Source of the DNA: Hemiscyllium ocellatum
Taxonomy: Eukaryota
Direction: 5' to 3'
Assembly (NCBI RefSeq): GCF_020745735.1
Contig: NC_083437.1
Location: 19,778,001 to 19,842,000 of the forward strand
DNA length: 64,000 bases
This document shows positions 1 through 13,320 of the stretch, one piece after another. The notes beneath the pieces are model-generated. The model searched no databases, was not told where the DNA came from, and saw only the letters and a program-made list of their open reading frames with translations. The position numbers and the translations under genes were made by a program. Within the stretch, counting starts at the first letter, position 1. Every line of letters begins with the position of its first letter.

Positions 1-1500
1 AAACATTCCTTTCTTTAACTGTTCACTCTGAACCTTCCACACATTGTCCTAATGGATTTTTTTTTCTGGGGGTTCTTGTTGAAAAAACTCTTTTTATTTT
101 ATGTCATTGCCAGATTTCGATATCACACTTCTAAAACCAAAAACATATCGCTGAATCAGCCTTTGAACTCTCGGATACCTCATTTCCAAACCACTGGAGC
201 CCAAATAATACCTATTGCCCTAAAACCTTTAAGTCTTGTCGACCAGCGTTTCTCTTTCTGCATATTCCTAATTATCTCTGACACATCTCCTGTGCAACCC
301 TTTGTTAAACATCTCTGCAAATTCAAATACATGCCACCCACTGTACTCTCTGGCCTAGAGTTGCCCAGCTTTTAATGCTTTCATTTCTCCTTAAGTAAGT
401 ATTACTTTAGTTAATCTCCCAATGCTACAATTAGCATATCTGAAGAATATTCAGAAATTAAGTGCCCTGCTGTCTACTTTCTGAATTTTTTTGAATAGTC
501 AGGTTTTATCCTGTCAGAGAACGGTGACTGATTAACCCTTGAAGAGCCATTTCTGTTTCTGCAGCTATCTGTAACTGTGCTACCACATCTTTTTCTGCTA
601 CACCCACATTCTCACTTCCATCATCATTTGTGTTGAGCAAATATGTATTTAATACCTCTGCCACCCCTGCATTGCCCATAGCCTGTGTTTGTTTTAATCC
701 CTGAATGATGCGGGCCTCTCTTCAAATATGCTTTCATACTTGGTATCCTCAGAAAAACCTTTATCTATTAGCCACAATTTAATTTGCCTTTTTAAATCCC
801 TTCTCACCCCTTCACTGTACCTTCTGTCATGATTATGATTTTCATTCAATCCCATAACCCGTATTTTGTCGTCTGTCTTCCTTTTAGTTTCCATTTAGTT
901 TCAATCTCTTTCTCTACGGGACTCTAACCCTTGAATCTTGTGCCTTTTTGCCTCACAGGAATAACATCAATGGCAGAAGATGTCCATGTTAGGCCTCAGT
1001 CAGTCCCATTCCCCATGTTCTGTTCCCGTAGCTCTGCAAGTTTAAGTCCTTCAAGTGCCCATCCAGTTTCCTTTGGAAACCACTCATTGTCACAGCTTCC
1101 ATCGCCACGGGAGTTCCATCCTGTTATTGCCGTCTGCATAAGAACGTTTCTCATTGTATCCCCACCCTTTCGCAAGGTCCCCACCATGTCTCTTACCTAA
1201 AGCCTGTGCCCCTTCAGCATTATGATAGCATTTACAGGTAGCTGTCTAAACCTTTCATGATCTTACATACCCAGTCTCCCCTTAATGTCCTTAGCTCCGA
1301 GGGCAGCGGCTCCAGCTGCTCCAACACAACCTTGTGGCTAAATTCCCTCATTGCCGCAACCGTGTGGGAAAACTCCTCCTCTGTATCTTCCCCAGTACCT
1401 TCACATCCTTCCCACATTGTTGCAGCTAATACTTGGATCATAAGAGGGCTTTTAGATGGTCCCTTGGCCCATTTGATCTCATCCTCCTGGAGCACCAATG
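1..1500 (-). mobile_element. Highly degenerate CR1-like LINE (ORF1 remnant plus 5' part of ORF2)
   Basis: Minus-strand translations give weak CR1-like motifs: MWE...LEQLE..ELRTLR (ORF1-like, 1232-1561), an SGNH-like NEWF segment (996-1187), VMGLN (~VMGDFN) and FRAIGII..VVWK (~YRPISLT..VVGK) near 190-240. Confidence 0.35.
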
Positions 1501-1519
1501 CTATCATCTCCCTGTCATC

Positions 1520-1680
1520 AGAAGGAGTAGGCCATCTGGCCCATCGAGCCTGCTCCACCATTCAGTAAGACCATGGCTAATCTTTCCATGGACTCAACTC
1601 CATTTGCCTGCCTGCTCACCATCACCTTTAATTCCTTTGCTGTTCAAAAATCTGTTTCTGCACCCGTTCCTTAAATAACA
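1520..1680 (-). mobile_element. CR1-type LINE 3' tail fragment
   Basis: Reverse complement of the typical tail ...caggctcgatgggccagatggcctactcc, also seen at 9400-9430. Confidence 0.6.
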
Positions 1681-1814
1681 CCAGATTCTTGGCTACGCTG
1701 CCAGTTTGTGGCAGCCCAGTGTACCCGACTACAACCTTTCGTGTATGTGGATACTGTCAGTTCTAAACCCATCCTTCAAAGCCCCAACCTTTTATCCTGT
1801 TATATTGTATCTAG

Positions 1815-3155
1815 AAAGGACTAACCAGGGAGCTATAGGCCAGTGAGCCTGACATCAGTGATGGGCAAGTTGTTGGAGGGAATCCTGAGGGACAGGATGT
1901 ACATGTATTTGGAAAGGCAAGGACTGATTCGGGATAGTCAACATGGCTTTGTGCGTGGGAAACCATGTCTCACAAACTTGATTGAGTTTTTTGAAGAAGT
2001 AACAAAGAGGATTGATGAGGGCAGAGCAGTGGACGTGATCCATATGGACTTCAGTAAGGCATTTGACAAGGTTCCCCATGGGAGACTGGTTAGCCAGGTT
2101 AGATCTCACAGAATACAGGGAGAACTCGCCATTTGGATACAGAACTGGCTCAAAGGTAGAAGACAGAGGGTGGTGGTGGAGGGTTGTTTTTCAGACTGGA
2201 GGCCTGTGACCAGTGGAGTGCCATGAGGATCGGTGCTGGGCCCTCTACTTTTTGTCATTTACATAAATGATTTGGATGTGAGCATAAGAGGTACAGTTAG
2301 TACGTTTGCAGATGACACCAAAATTGGACGTGTAGTGGACAGTGAAGAAGGTTACCTCTAATTAGAACAGGATCTTGATCAGATGGGCCAATGGGCTGAG
2401 GAGTGGTAGATGGAGTTTAACTCAGATAAATGCGAGGTGCTGCATTTTGAGAGAGCAAAACTCAGCAGGATTTATACGCTTAATGGTAAGCTCATTGTCC
2501 TTGAAAGTGGAGTCGCAGATAGATAGGATAATGAAGAAGGCATTTGATATGCTTTCCTTTATTGGTCAGAGTATTGAGTACAGGAGTTGGGAGGTCATGT
2601 TGCAGCTGTACAGAACATTGGTTAAGCCACTGTTGGAATATTGTGTGCAATTCTGGTCTCCTTCCAATTGGAAGGATGTTGTGAAACTTGAAAGAATTCA
2701 GAAAAGATCTACAAGGTTTGGAGGATTTGAGCTATAGGGAGAAGCTTAAAAGGCTGGAGTTTTCCCTGGAGTGTCGGTGGCTGTCGGGTGATCTTATTGA
2801 GGTTTATAAAATCATGAGGGGCACGGATAGGATAAATAGACAAAGTCTTTTCCCTGGCGTGGGTGAGTCCAGAACTAGAGGGCATAGGTTTAGGGTGAGG
2901 GGGAAAGATATAAAAGAGACCTAAGGGGCAACTTTTTCACGCAGAGGGTAGTACTGTACGTGTATGGAATGAGCTGCCAGAGGGAAGCTCAATTGCAACA
3001 TTTAAATGCATCTGGATATTTATCTGAATAGGAAGGGCTTGGAGGGATATGGGCCCGGTGCTGGCAGATGGGACTAGATTAGGTTGGGATATCTGGTCGG
3101 CTCGGACGGGTTGGACCGAAAGGTCTATTAACATGCTGTACGTCTCTGTGACTCT
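1815..3155 (+). mobile_element. CR1/HER1 LINE, 5'-truncated RT fragment with stops and internal deletions
   Basis: YRPVSLTS, SQHGF, DFSKAFDKVPH, SGVP*GSVLGP, FADDTK, LEYCVQFWSP and RGDLIEVYK-like motifs, followed by the CR1 3' UTR. Confidence 0.93.
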
Positions 3156-4285
3156 AAGTCTTCCCTCTTGTCGTGTTTCTTCTAGTTGTTTAGCATGTTT
3201 GCTAACATCTCCTTTTAGGAAGCAGTTTTTTGAAGATTGAGTTCTAATTTATTACCTGGTGGCGAAAGGGCCCTGTTGTACTCCTCTCAATTTTTGCGCT
3301 TTTTCGAGATTGTGTGCAGATTGAAGACCAACTTCAGGAGGGACGTCTGGTCTTTGACAAGAGTGGTTCTTGTCAAACTTGTGGATCAGGCACCATCACT
3401 GAGCACTGGTGTCTCACTCCCACTTCCACTTTGATTTCCTGACTCCCTGTTTGTGCTGATTGAATTCAGGCAACACACTGAAGGGCACAGCTATGAAGAG
3501 GGTGTAGGGAGGCGAGACTTGCTTTGGCAAGGGGCCAAGTATTGGAACAAGTGGTCTCCGTCTGCCTTGTTATTATTGATGGTCGATTCTGTGTGGAATT
3601 GCGCTTTGTTTACGCTGCGCATCAACTCTCTTGATTATTTATTAGCTTTGCCTGATAGCTGAGGAGGAGGCTTGTTTTGTGTTACAGTTTGCAATACAAC
3701 ATGTATATCATCAAAATGAGAAGGCTCACAGTCTGGTGCACTGCTGTTATTTCTGACACACAGCAAATAAAAATCAATAAGAAATGTAACTCTGATAACC
3801 AAGTCTTCCAAAGCAGGAAAGCTCCTGGGTTCGTACTGCATCTAATCTCAGATAAAGCTATATTTAGTCTCATTGTCATGGGGTTAGGGAGTGGGAAAAG
3901 AAAGCAGTATCAGTTGGGATTCCCGCTGTTATCCAGTGAGCTAGTGAAAGGTAACACTTGTGGATCTCCGGTGTGAATATCTGTAGGACCCTCAATGGCC
4001 ACTTGGTTGGGAAACAGGAGGAAAATCAATGGCCTTGGGATTCTAACCAGGAAGAATGTGTACCGTCAGGAGAGGAAGGAAAGGGCATCGTTCATGTTTT
4101 AATTTCATTTTAAACTTTTTTTAAAAAAGTGTTGGGAAATACATCCACTCTGAAAATCACAACCTCCCTGTTAACGATTATCATCAATGTCCCTAGCGCC
4201 AGACATTAATTAATTTGGAATGTGCTGACAATGTTGGCATAAGATGGGAGTATTCTAAAGGGACGTGAGCTCTTTATTTAAAAGC

Positions 4286-4312
4286 GCGCACACACACACA
4301 CACACACACACA
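4286..4312. repeat. (CA)n microsatellite
   Basis: Direct CA run. Confidence 0.9.
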
Positions 4313-4529
4313 CCTTGAAATGAAATTATGAGGATTCAGGGAATGGGGCTGCTAACTGGAGTTCCCAGTGATGCAGATGGTCATGGCCAGACAGGAACCT
4401 TTAGATTGCTTTGCTCACTTGCACTTTACTTTAATAGCTGTGTAAAATATTCTGAGGGGAAGTGACACTGTTACTAGTCAGGCTTTACGTGCCAGGCTGA
4501 TGCAGTAATTCAGCAGCTGGCTTTCAGGG

Positions 4530-6160
4530 ACATCTGTTTTCACTCAGGAAAAGGAGAATATTGTAGAGGAGAAGACTGAGATATGGGATATTAGACTAGA
4601 AAGATCGAGGTGAGTAAGGAAGAGGTGTTATCAATTCTGGAAGGAGTGAAAGTAGACAAGTCCCCTGGGCCAGATGGGATTTATCAGAGGATTCTCTGGG
4701 AAGCTAGGGAGGAGATGTTGGAGCCTTTGGCCTTGATCTTTGAGGCATCATTGTTGACAGGTTTAGTACCAGAGGACTGGAGGATTGCAAATGTTGTTCA
4801 AGAAGGGCATTAGAGATGACTCAGGTCATTATCGACCAGTGAACCTTGCATCTGTCGTAAGAAAAGTTTTGGAAAGGATTATAAGAGATAGGGTTTATAA
4901 TCATCTAGCAAGCAACAATTTGATTACAAATAGTCAACATGGGTTTGTCAAGTGCAGGTCATGTCTCTCAAACCTCATTGAGTTTTTTTGAGGAGGTGAC
5001 CAAGCATGTGGATGAGGGTAGGGCAGTGGTGTATTTCAGTAAAGCCTTTGATAAGGTTCCAAATGGTGGAGAAAATGCAGAGGCAATGGGATTCAGGGTG
5101 ATTTAGCAGTTTGGATTAGGAACTGGCTTTCTGTAAGAAGGTGGTTAATGGAAAATATTCAGCCTGGAGTCTGGTTACTAGTGGTGTGCCACAAGGATCT
5201 GTGTGGTACCAATGCTATTTGTCATTTTTATAAATTATTTGAATGCAGACATAGGTGGATGGATTAGTAAGTTTATAGATGACACTAAAGTCGGTGGAGT
5301 AGTGGACAGCGTGGAAGAATGTTACAGGGGGACTTGGATGAACTGCAGAATTTGGCTGAGAGGTGGCAAATGGAGTTCAATGCAGATATATGTGAGGTGA
5401 TGCACTTCGGGAAGAATAACAGGAAGGCAGAGTACTGGGTCAATGGAAAGATTCTTGGTAGTGTGGATGTGCAGAGGGATCTTGGAGTCCATGTACATAG
5501 ATCCATGAAAGTTGCCACCCAGATTGATAGTGCTGTTAAGAGGGCATATGGTGTGTTAGGTTTTATTGGTAGAGGGATTGAGTTCTGGAGCTGTAATGTC
5601 ATGCTGCAAATATACAACACTCTAGTGTGGCCGCATTTGGAATATTGCGTACAGTTCTGGTTGCCCCATTACAGGAAGGATGTGGAAGCATTGGAAAAGT
5701 TGAAGAGGAGACTTACCAGGATGTTGCCTGGTCTGAAGAGAAGGTCTTATGAGGAAAGGCTGAGAGACTTGGGTCTGTTCTCATTGGAGAGAAGAAGGCT
5801 AAGAGGGGATTTGATAGAGATATAAAAGATGTTCAGAATATTAGATAGGGTGGACAATGAAAGCATTTTCCAGGATAACGATGTCAGCTTGTATGCGGGA
5901 CCATAGCTGCAAATTGAAGGATGATGGATTTAAGACAGATGTCAGAGGCAGGTTCTTTACTTAGAGAGTGGTAAGGGCCTGGAATGCCCTGCCTGCCAAT
6001 GTCATTAACTCAGCCACATTAGGGGCATCTAACCAATCCTTGGATAAACACATGGATGATGCTGGGATAGTGTAGGGAGATGGGCTTAGATTAGTTCACA
6101 GGTTGGTGCAACATCGAGGGCCGAAGGGCCTGTTGTGCACTGTATTGTTGTATGTTCTAT
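4530..6160 (+). mobile_element. CR1/HER1 LINE RT fragment (frameshifted)
   Basis: KSPGPDGI, DWRIANV, YRPVNL, SQHGF, KAFDKV, IDDTK, WQMEFN, HLEYCVQFW and RGDLIE motifs; 3' tail gggccgaagggcctgtt...tatgttctat. Confidence 0.93.
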
Positions 6161-6369
6161 ATTCTGTCTGTTCTCAGGAATAGAACCCTCACCACTGCAG
6201 GCGCTGGCAGTGAAATTGGGTAAAATGAAAAGGCATGTATTTTTATGGGACCTTTCATAGCCTGATGATGCCCCCTGGACACTCTACAATCAGTGAAGTT
6301 CCCAGTGAAGGAGCCAATTTGTAGGCTACTATCGCTCTCAAATGGGAATGAAGGAAATACCAAGTAAAC

Positions 6370-6530
6370 TGTTTGTTGGCTAAGAGGTAAATATTGACCA
6401 GCTCACCAAGGAGAGCTCCCGCTGCTGTCCTTCCAAAGGACCTCAGCATCTACTGTGCCATTCAAGCACTATATCCCTACTGTCACTCAGTGCCTTTCCA
6501 GTTACTCGCTTAGGAACAGGTTTGAGCTGT
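6370..6530 (-). mobile_element. Degenerate Deu-type (SacSINE1-like) SINE fragment
   Basis: Similar to the copies at 25740-26030 and 39740-39900. Confidence 0.3.
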
Positions 6531-8356
6531 GAGTCCCTGCCAGGAGCTGGATTGAGAGAAATCCAACCTCCTTTTCCTTTCTTAGTAACAGGCAGAGATG
6601 GCTCCGTCTCACTCCATCAGTCTGAAATGGATTGGATCCCAGGTTCCTGACGTGGGAGAGGCAGCCTCTGACCATTGAGAATCATTCAGGTGGGAAATGA
6701 TTAGACTCAATGGAGCCAGTGTGCAGGTATAGGCCTGCCAGAAATGTAACGCCAAGGAGAGCAGACGGTCACCCGTTCTGAGGGTGGGAAAGTAGGCATT
6801 GTAATATAGTGGGTAGAATGGAAGTTTGGAGGATGTTGAAGTATCAGGGGCTAAGTTGGACTGCAATATGCTAATAAGATAGGAAATGATGCAGTGTCAC
6901 GTGATCTGTCTCCTGTGGCAAGGTTAAGCCACAGAAAGATGTTTCTGAAATAACATTTACTGGTTTCCTTACCACAGCACCCTCTGTGAATATTCTTCAG
7001 TAGCACAACAACATGAAGAATATTACAGGCATAACCATGTTTCAAAGCAGGGACATACGTTGCTCTTACTGCAGTTATTCACTTCAAGAATTGATTCTGT
7101 GCAGGTGAAACGGGAATGATGCTGCAGTATCAGGCTGACATAGCCCTCGCCCCCCCCCCACTCCCCCGATTGAGGCTCGTACATATAGAATGGCCACAGT
7201 GTGCTGGATAACAACCATTTCACAAGAGAACTACCAGGAGTCAGTGTCGAAGCAGGAGGAAGGCCCCTGTGAAATCTCTTCTGTGAAACTGTGCTGATTT
7301 CTGCTGCAGTTATCCACACGCTGAACACATTGACAATACTGAGCCGTTCCAAAATCCTAGGGGACATCTTGAGAATGCAGGAAGGTGCAGTACGAATGTT
7401 CATCCCCTTCTAACATGGGACCTACTGCAGAAAGATGCAGGAGAAAAGAAATGGTTTCAGAACTGAGCCTGTGGAGAAATGTTTATTTTCTATCTGAAAA
7501 CTTTTCTTTTCCAAATGTTGCATCATTGATTTATGATGATGTAAATACAAAGGTTTTCTTTGGCAAACCAAGCTATTTTGCTTGCATGAGGGTTTGTCAG
7601 TCCCTGGAGTAAATGATGGCAGTTTATTGCCATCTTATGTTCATAATTCCTGCATGAATTTTAATGACTCCGCTGCATTGCAACTAATGAAATATAACTT
7701 CTCATTTTAATATTGGTGATGTGTGAAGGGTTTGCAAATGGTTTTGTTGTGGCTTTCATAAAGGGCTCATTCATCATTCAGGCTATTTTGATAAGCTGGT
7801 GTGCATCCTTAATATTCAACTCTGAACTTACTCCAAGGAGGAGGAAAGTTGACTGACAGCACAGTGCTTTGTATGAAACATACAATGTAATTTTTTTCAC
7901 TCCTTGAAATGAATAGAACAATGGTGAGATGTTATGCGATAGAGGGACCTTTCTGTCCAGGGAGACCAGGCTCACAGCTCTAGGTGCACACGCAAGGGAA
8001 ACTTTTGAACAGTCCATTTCGAAGATTGGGCAATTTTATTTTGCTTCTCTCGTTTCCAAGAAAAAAGTGCAATTTCTTGCTAGGTTACTGTCTACAGACA
8101 TTGCCCTCAGTCAAGTGTTTTCATTTCTGAGTCTGAAGGGTAAGCAGTGAAAATCCCCTGCATTCAGCCTCTGTTGACATCCGCACGTGTTAGCTTTCAG
8201 CTAAGGTCCCAGCTTTTGATGATTGGCCGACCCAGCAAGTCTTGGTCCAAGCAGTGCACGGGCCAGCTCGACTAATGTCCACTGCCATTAGATCACTCAT
8301 CTAGGCCCCGGCGCAATCTGGGCATCTTTCTGGTTTGTATGGCTCTGTTACATAAT

Positions 8357-8556
8357 GGAGGAGAAAGTGAGGTCTGCAGATGCTGGAGATCAGAGCTGAA
8401 AATGTGTTGCTGGAAAAACGCAGCAGGTCAGGCAGCATGCAAGGAACAGGAAATTCGACGTTTCGGGCATAATGAAGGGCTTATGCCCGAAACGTCGAAT
8501 TTCCTGTTCCTTGGATGCTGCCTGACCTGATGCGATTTTCCAGCAACACATTTTCA
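8357..8556. mobile_element. Palindromic Penelope-end element with TSD
   Basis: Inverted arms meet at ~8470; TSD gctctgttacataat at 8342-8356 and 8557-8571. Confidence 0.88.
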
Positions 8557-8859
8557 GCTCTGTTACATAATCATCAAGAGTATGAATAGATCATTCAGTC
8601 CCTTAAATTGTTCAGTGTGATCATCAGTCTTGCTCCCCTTTCCCCATATTTCCTTGATTCCTGTGAGGCCAAAATCTCTCTCAGCCTTGAGGATGATCTT
8701 TGCTGATTTGACACAACCAGCATTGAAATAGGGAAATATCGACGAGAACCCCTAGGTCTTGAGGGCCACAGTTCCATGGTGACTGACTGCCAGAACAACT
8801 TGATCAGCCTGTTTTATGTCCTTGCCAAAAACTATACACATTGGAATTTGGATAAATGA

Positions 8860-9447
8860 GAACTGAGGGCATTACCTCAAAATAAGGGAGTGCAGATTTC
8901 GGACTAAGTCAAGGAGAAACTTTTTCACCCAAAGCGTTCTGAATCTGTGGAATTCCCTGCCCAGTGAAGCAGTTGAGGCTACCTCATTGAATGTTTTTTA
9001 AGACAACCTCACAGCGCCTGAGACCCGGGTTCAATTCCTGACTCAGGCGACAGACTGTGTGGAGTTTGCACGTTCTCCCCGTGTCTGCGTGGGTTTCCTC
9101 CGGGTGCTCCGGTTTCCTCCCACAGTCCAAAGATGTGCGGGTCAGGTGAATTGGCCATGCTAAATTGCCCGTAGTGTGTTAGGTAAGGGGTAAATGTAGG
9201 GGCGTGGGTGGGTTGCGCATCAGCGGGTCGGTGTGGACTTGTTGGGCCGAAGGGCCTGTTTCCACACTGTAAGTAATCTAATCTAAAAAAAAACAAAGAT
9301 CTTTGAATAGTAAAGGAATTCAGGGTTCTGGTGAGCGGGTGAGTACATGGAGCTGAGCCCATGAAGAGATCAGCCATGATCTTATTGAATGACAGATCAG
9401 GCTCACTGGGCCAGATGGCCTACTGCTGTTCCTATTCCTTATGTTCT
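8860..9447 (+). mobile_element. CR1 LINE 3' fragment interrupted by an HE1 SINE
   Basis: RRNFFTQ/NLWNSLP-type coding remnant and 3' tail, split by the SINE at 9008-9293. Confidence 0.75.
9008..9293 (+). mobile_element. HE1 SINE (5'-truncated)
   Basis: B box gggttcaattcc, core tgtgtggagtttgcacgttctcccc, tail gggccgaagggcctgtttccacactgt + (taatc)n. Confidence 0.9.
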
Positions 9448-9845
9448 TAAACTGGCTTCCGTCTGTGCCAGAAAACCCCCCTCCTGTAATGTCACAAAGT
9501 CGCCTTAGTCTTCGCAGACCACAAGGCTGCTCTCTCATGAGGGAGAGGTGACTGGTGGTGCTTTAACCTGAGGATCAGCGCACCTCAGACAAAGGAATAG
9601 GTTGAGAAGGACACACATGGCACATACAAATGCCCTTAACAAATCATTCTATAGCTTACGGAACCTGGCTTTGAAGCCACATTTGCCTGCAACATAATAT
9701 TTTCATTTCTCAAGTACAGAACTGATTCAGAAGTGGCTTGGAGAACCCTTGGGAAATGTGAAGGTGCTACAGAATTGCACTTACTGTTTCACTTTCTCTC
9801 TGCGATGTTTGCTCTTTGGTAACTTGGCCACAACTTGTTCAATAG

Positions 9846-10061
9846 TTGAAAATGTGTTGCTGGTTAAAGCACAGCAGGTCAGGCAGCATCCAAGGAATAG
9901 GAAATTCGACGTTTCGGGCATAAGCCCTTCATTCCTGAAGAAGGGCTTATGACCGAACTGTCGAATTTCCTATTCCTTGGATGCTGCCTGACCTGCTGTG
10001 CTTTAACCAGCAACACATTTTCAACTGTGATCTCCAGCATCTGCAGACCTCATTTTTTACC
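9846..10061. mobile_element. Palindromic Penelope-end element with TSD
   Basis: TSD ccacaacttgttcaatag at 9828-9845 and 10062-10079; inverted arms around a hammerhead-like centre. Confidence 0.88.
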
Positions 10062-10604
10062 CCACAACTTGTTCAATAGCCTGGGTTAACCGTTCCGTTG
10101 CTTAGCTGCTTGGGTTTTAATGCAACGATAATCAATAGCAAAGCTTTTGTTGGAATTTGAATCCGGACTGCAGCAAAGAGTTCTTTTTTCCCCAATTCTC
10201 TCCCTAAAGATTCACTTGTTTACACAAGCTAATAAAGAGTGGTAGGCCCGCTTTGTAAATAGACTGCCACTTCCTGATCAGAGGTGAGTACGCTGAGGGT
10301 GAGCCATGGGGAATGATTCAAATATATCACTCTGCACCAAAGATGGAAGGTCCAATAAGTGACGACACCAAGCCACAGATCTTTCACCTCTGGGACCAGG
10401 GGGACTGATTGCATAAACACAGATTAATGGCAGGCTCCTCTCTCTGTCAATGTAAAACATCCCAGGGAGAAACGTTAGAGGAGAGCAAAGTGCAAGCCCG
10501 CAGCACATGGTTAACTGCAGGCAGTAATTGTTGACTAACAAGATTCATTGAACTGGTTCATTGCTAATATGATGTGCAGATGCTGGTGTTGGAATGTGGT
10601 GAAC

Positions 10605-10738
10605 AAAGTCACACGATACCAGGTTATAGTCTATTTAAAATCACAAGCTTTCATGTGACAAAGGAGTGGTGCTGTGAGGGCTTGTGATTTTAAATAAAAC
10701 CTATTGGACTATAACTTGTTGTCATGTGACTTCTGACT
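10605..10738. mobile_element. Degenerate palindrome from a second Penelope-end family
   Basis: gtcaca..ccaggttatagtc..aaaatcacaagc / gcttgtgatttt..gactataac..tgtgac inverted arms. Confidence 0.55.
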
Positions 10739-10841
10739 CACCTCTAATAGGGGCCTACTGTCCCCTTCACCTTGTCCCTTTGACTCTATTTGCATCTCTC
10801 TTTATTGTCAGTGTTTAATTGGTGGCCCTCTTTCACAAGTC

Positions 10842-11110
10842 AGCCTTGGCACAGTCTTGTCGCGCAGTATGTCTGAGTCAGCGATTGTGGGTTCAAATCC
10901 CAATCCCAGATACCTGAGAACACCAACCAAGGCTGGCATGTCTCCTCGATTACCGTGATGCCATCTCAGAGGAGATATTAAACTGAGGGAAAAGATTCTG
11001 TGACACTGATTAACAGCTGTGAGGGAAGGCTGATATTTATCACTGGACTAATGTGAATAAGAGGTGATCTTGTTATATCATTGCTTATTGTGGGGGATTG
11101 CCATATGCAG
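10842..11110 (+). mobile_element. tRNA-headed Deu-type (SacSINE1-like) SINE, diverged
   Basis: tRNA-like head gagtcag..tgtgggttcaaatccc followed by a Deu-like body. Confidence 0.5.
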
Positions 11111-11166
11111 ATTAGCTACCGTATTCCCGGCAGCCCCCTGGTCCTCACTCTCACTGCTGCCTCTTG

Positions 11167-11945
11167 AAGAATGGAGCTGAGAAGTGGCAGATGGAGTTCA
11201 ACCTGGACAAATGTGAAGGGATTCATTTTAGAAGGTTGAATTTGGATGTTGAATACAGGGTTAAAGACAGGATTCTTGGCAGTATGGAGGGACAGTGGGA
11301 TCTTGGGGTCCCTGTAAATAGATCCCTCAAAGTTGCCACCCAAGTTAATGGGGTTGTTAAGAAGCTGCATGGTGTTTTGGCTTTCATTAACAAGGGGATT
11401 TGGTTGAAGAGCTGTGAGGTTTTGCTGCAGCTCTTATAAAACCCTAGTAAGACCATGCTTGGAATATTGTATCCAGTTCTGGTCACCCCATTATAGGGAG
11501 GATGGAGATGCTTTAGAGATGGTGCAAAGGAGATTTACCAGGATGCTGCCTGGATTGGAGGACTTTTCTTATGAAGAGAGGTTGAGTGAGCTTGGGCTTT
11601 TCACATTGGAGAGAAGAGAAAAGAGAGAGGTGACTTGATAGAGGTGTACAAGGTAATGATCGGCATAGATAGAGTAGTTAGCCAGAGACTTTTCCCCAGG
11701 GCAGAAATGGCTGTCACAAAGGGTCATAATTTTAAGGTGATTGGAGGAAGGTTTAGGGGAGATGTCAGAGATAGGTTCTTTACACAGAGAGTGGTGGGTG
11801 CGTGGAATGGATTGCCAGTGGGGGTAGTCGAGTCAGAGACATTAGGGACATTTAAGCGACTGTAGGGCTAGCACATGGACGGCAGTAAATTGAGGGATGT
11901 GGAAGTTAGGTTGATCTTAGATTAAGATAAATGTTTGGCACAGCA
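11167..11945 (+). mobile_element. CR1 LINE 3' RT fragment
   Basis: WQMEFNLDKC, LEYCIQFWSPHY, IEVYK and FFTQRVV motifs. Confidence 0.9.
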
Positions 11946-13004
11946 TTTCAATGGCTTACCTCCAGTTCAAATGCATTTCATTGGCTGTAAAACATTTTAT
12001 AAGTCCTTGAGGTAATGGAAGGCACTTTATAAGAGCGGATTCTTTCTTTCTTCGGCTGTTTCATGTTGGAATTGTTTCTGTTCCCTTGTCTTTCTCTTGA
12101 ACGGTTCATTAGAGGCAGGGACTGGCCCTGCCACCAGAGAATCCAAGGCCCAGTAGCTCACAGGACTGAGAGTGGTCAGAGCTGCTCGGGGCACGCTAAT
12201 GCAGTAATCTTGGGCAAAATGATGCTCAGGACTGCTGTGCTTTTGAGAAAATCAGAAAGCAGCACTGGGCTATATCGCTGCTGTAAATGGATCATTCCAA
12301 GTTTCATCCAGCCATGTCCAACTACAACAGAGGAAGGAAACTATTCACTTGTAGTTTTTTTTTGTTGCTAGTGGTGCTATAGGAAGTCAGTGCAACAAAA
12401 CTAATTCTGGAGTGATAGAGATTGTTGGGGGTTATGGGCGGTTTGGAATCTGACTAGGAGTCTGTCATGTAGTTGTGACCCCAGTATGATGACAAAGGGT
12501 GCTTGAGGTGAGCATGGAGTCATGGGGCTAGTCGATTCCAGCCTCTCTCTCTACACAAAATGCAGCAAATTGGAGATGGTGTTGCATCAAGCTCTCCCTG
12601 CACTCTGGGGTCTCAGAACCTGGCTTGCCTCAACTAGGAAGCTAATGGAGCATTGAACTGGGTGTTTGTGACTAATGAGAGAGAGAATGATCTTCCAAGT
12701 CTGAGCATCAGTTCCAAGCACAAAGCTGTTGACCTTGTTACTGCCGCACTTAAATTGCCAATTCTGGGCAATTCCTCATGTGACTTTCAACAGCCCAAGC
12801 TGCTTAAATATCGCCTTTTTCACAGTCTTACATTTTCTTTTTGCTGCCAAGAAATTAGAATGATCAAAGAAAAAAGCAACTAAAATGCTTTTGCCTTTAA
12901 ACAACCCAATGATATTCTTCTTCCAAGTTGGTCACAGCAGTGTACAGCAGATTAGCCTTTTAATTCCCAGAGAATCTCAGGCAGACTTGGAGGATTGGCA
13001 ACAT

Positions 13005-13320
13005 GGGCAGCACGGTGGCACAGTGGTTAGCACTGCTGCCTCACAGCACCAGAGACCCGGGTTCAATTCCCATCTCAAGCAACAGTCTGTATGGAGTTTG
13101 TACATTCTCCCCGTGTCTGCGTGGGTTTCCTCTGGGTGCTCCGGTTTCCTCCCACAGTCCAAAAGTGTGCAGGTTAGGTCAATTGGCCACGCTAAATTGC
13201 ACGTAGTGTTCGGTGAAGGGGTAAATGTAGGGGAACGGGTCTGGGTGGGTTGCACTTCGGCGGGTCAGTGTGGACTTGTTGGGCCGAAGGGCCTGTTTCC
13301 ACACTGTAAGTAATCTAATC
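13005..13320 (+). mobile_element. HE1 SINE, full length
   Basis: A box tggcacagtggttagc, B box gggttcaattcc, LINE-like tail, short flanking duplication aacatgg. Confidence 0.92.

Noticed and set aside
5319-5825. Functional reverse transcriptase gene
   Set aside because: A fragment of a 5'-truncated, frameshifted CR1 copy.
8357-8556. DNA-transposon MITE or pre-miRNA interpretation of the palindromes
   Set aside because: Unequal arm ends, variable 10-18 bp TSDs and the hammerhead core fit Penelope retro-insertion rather than fixed-TSD TIR elements; there is no evidence for miRNA processing.
13005-13075. tRNA gene
   Set aside because: A/B boxes continue into the HE1 SINE body; it is a SINE head, as in the other copies.
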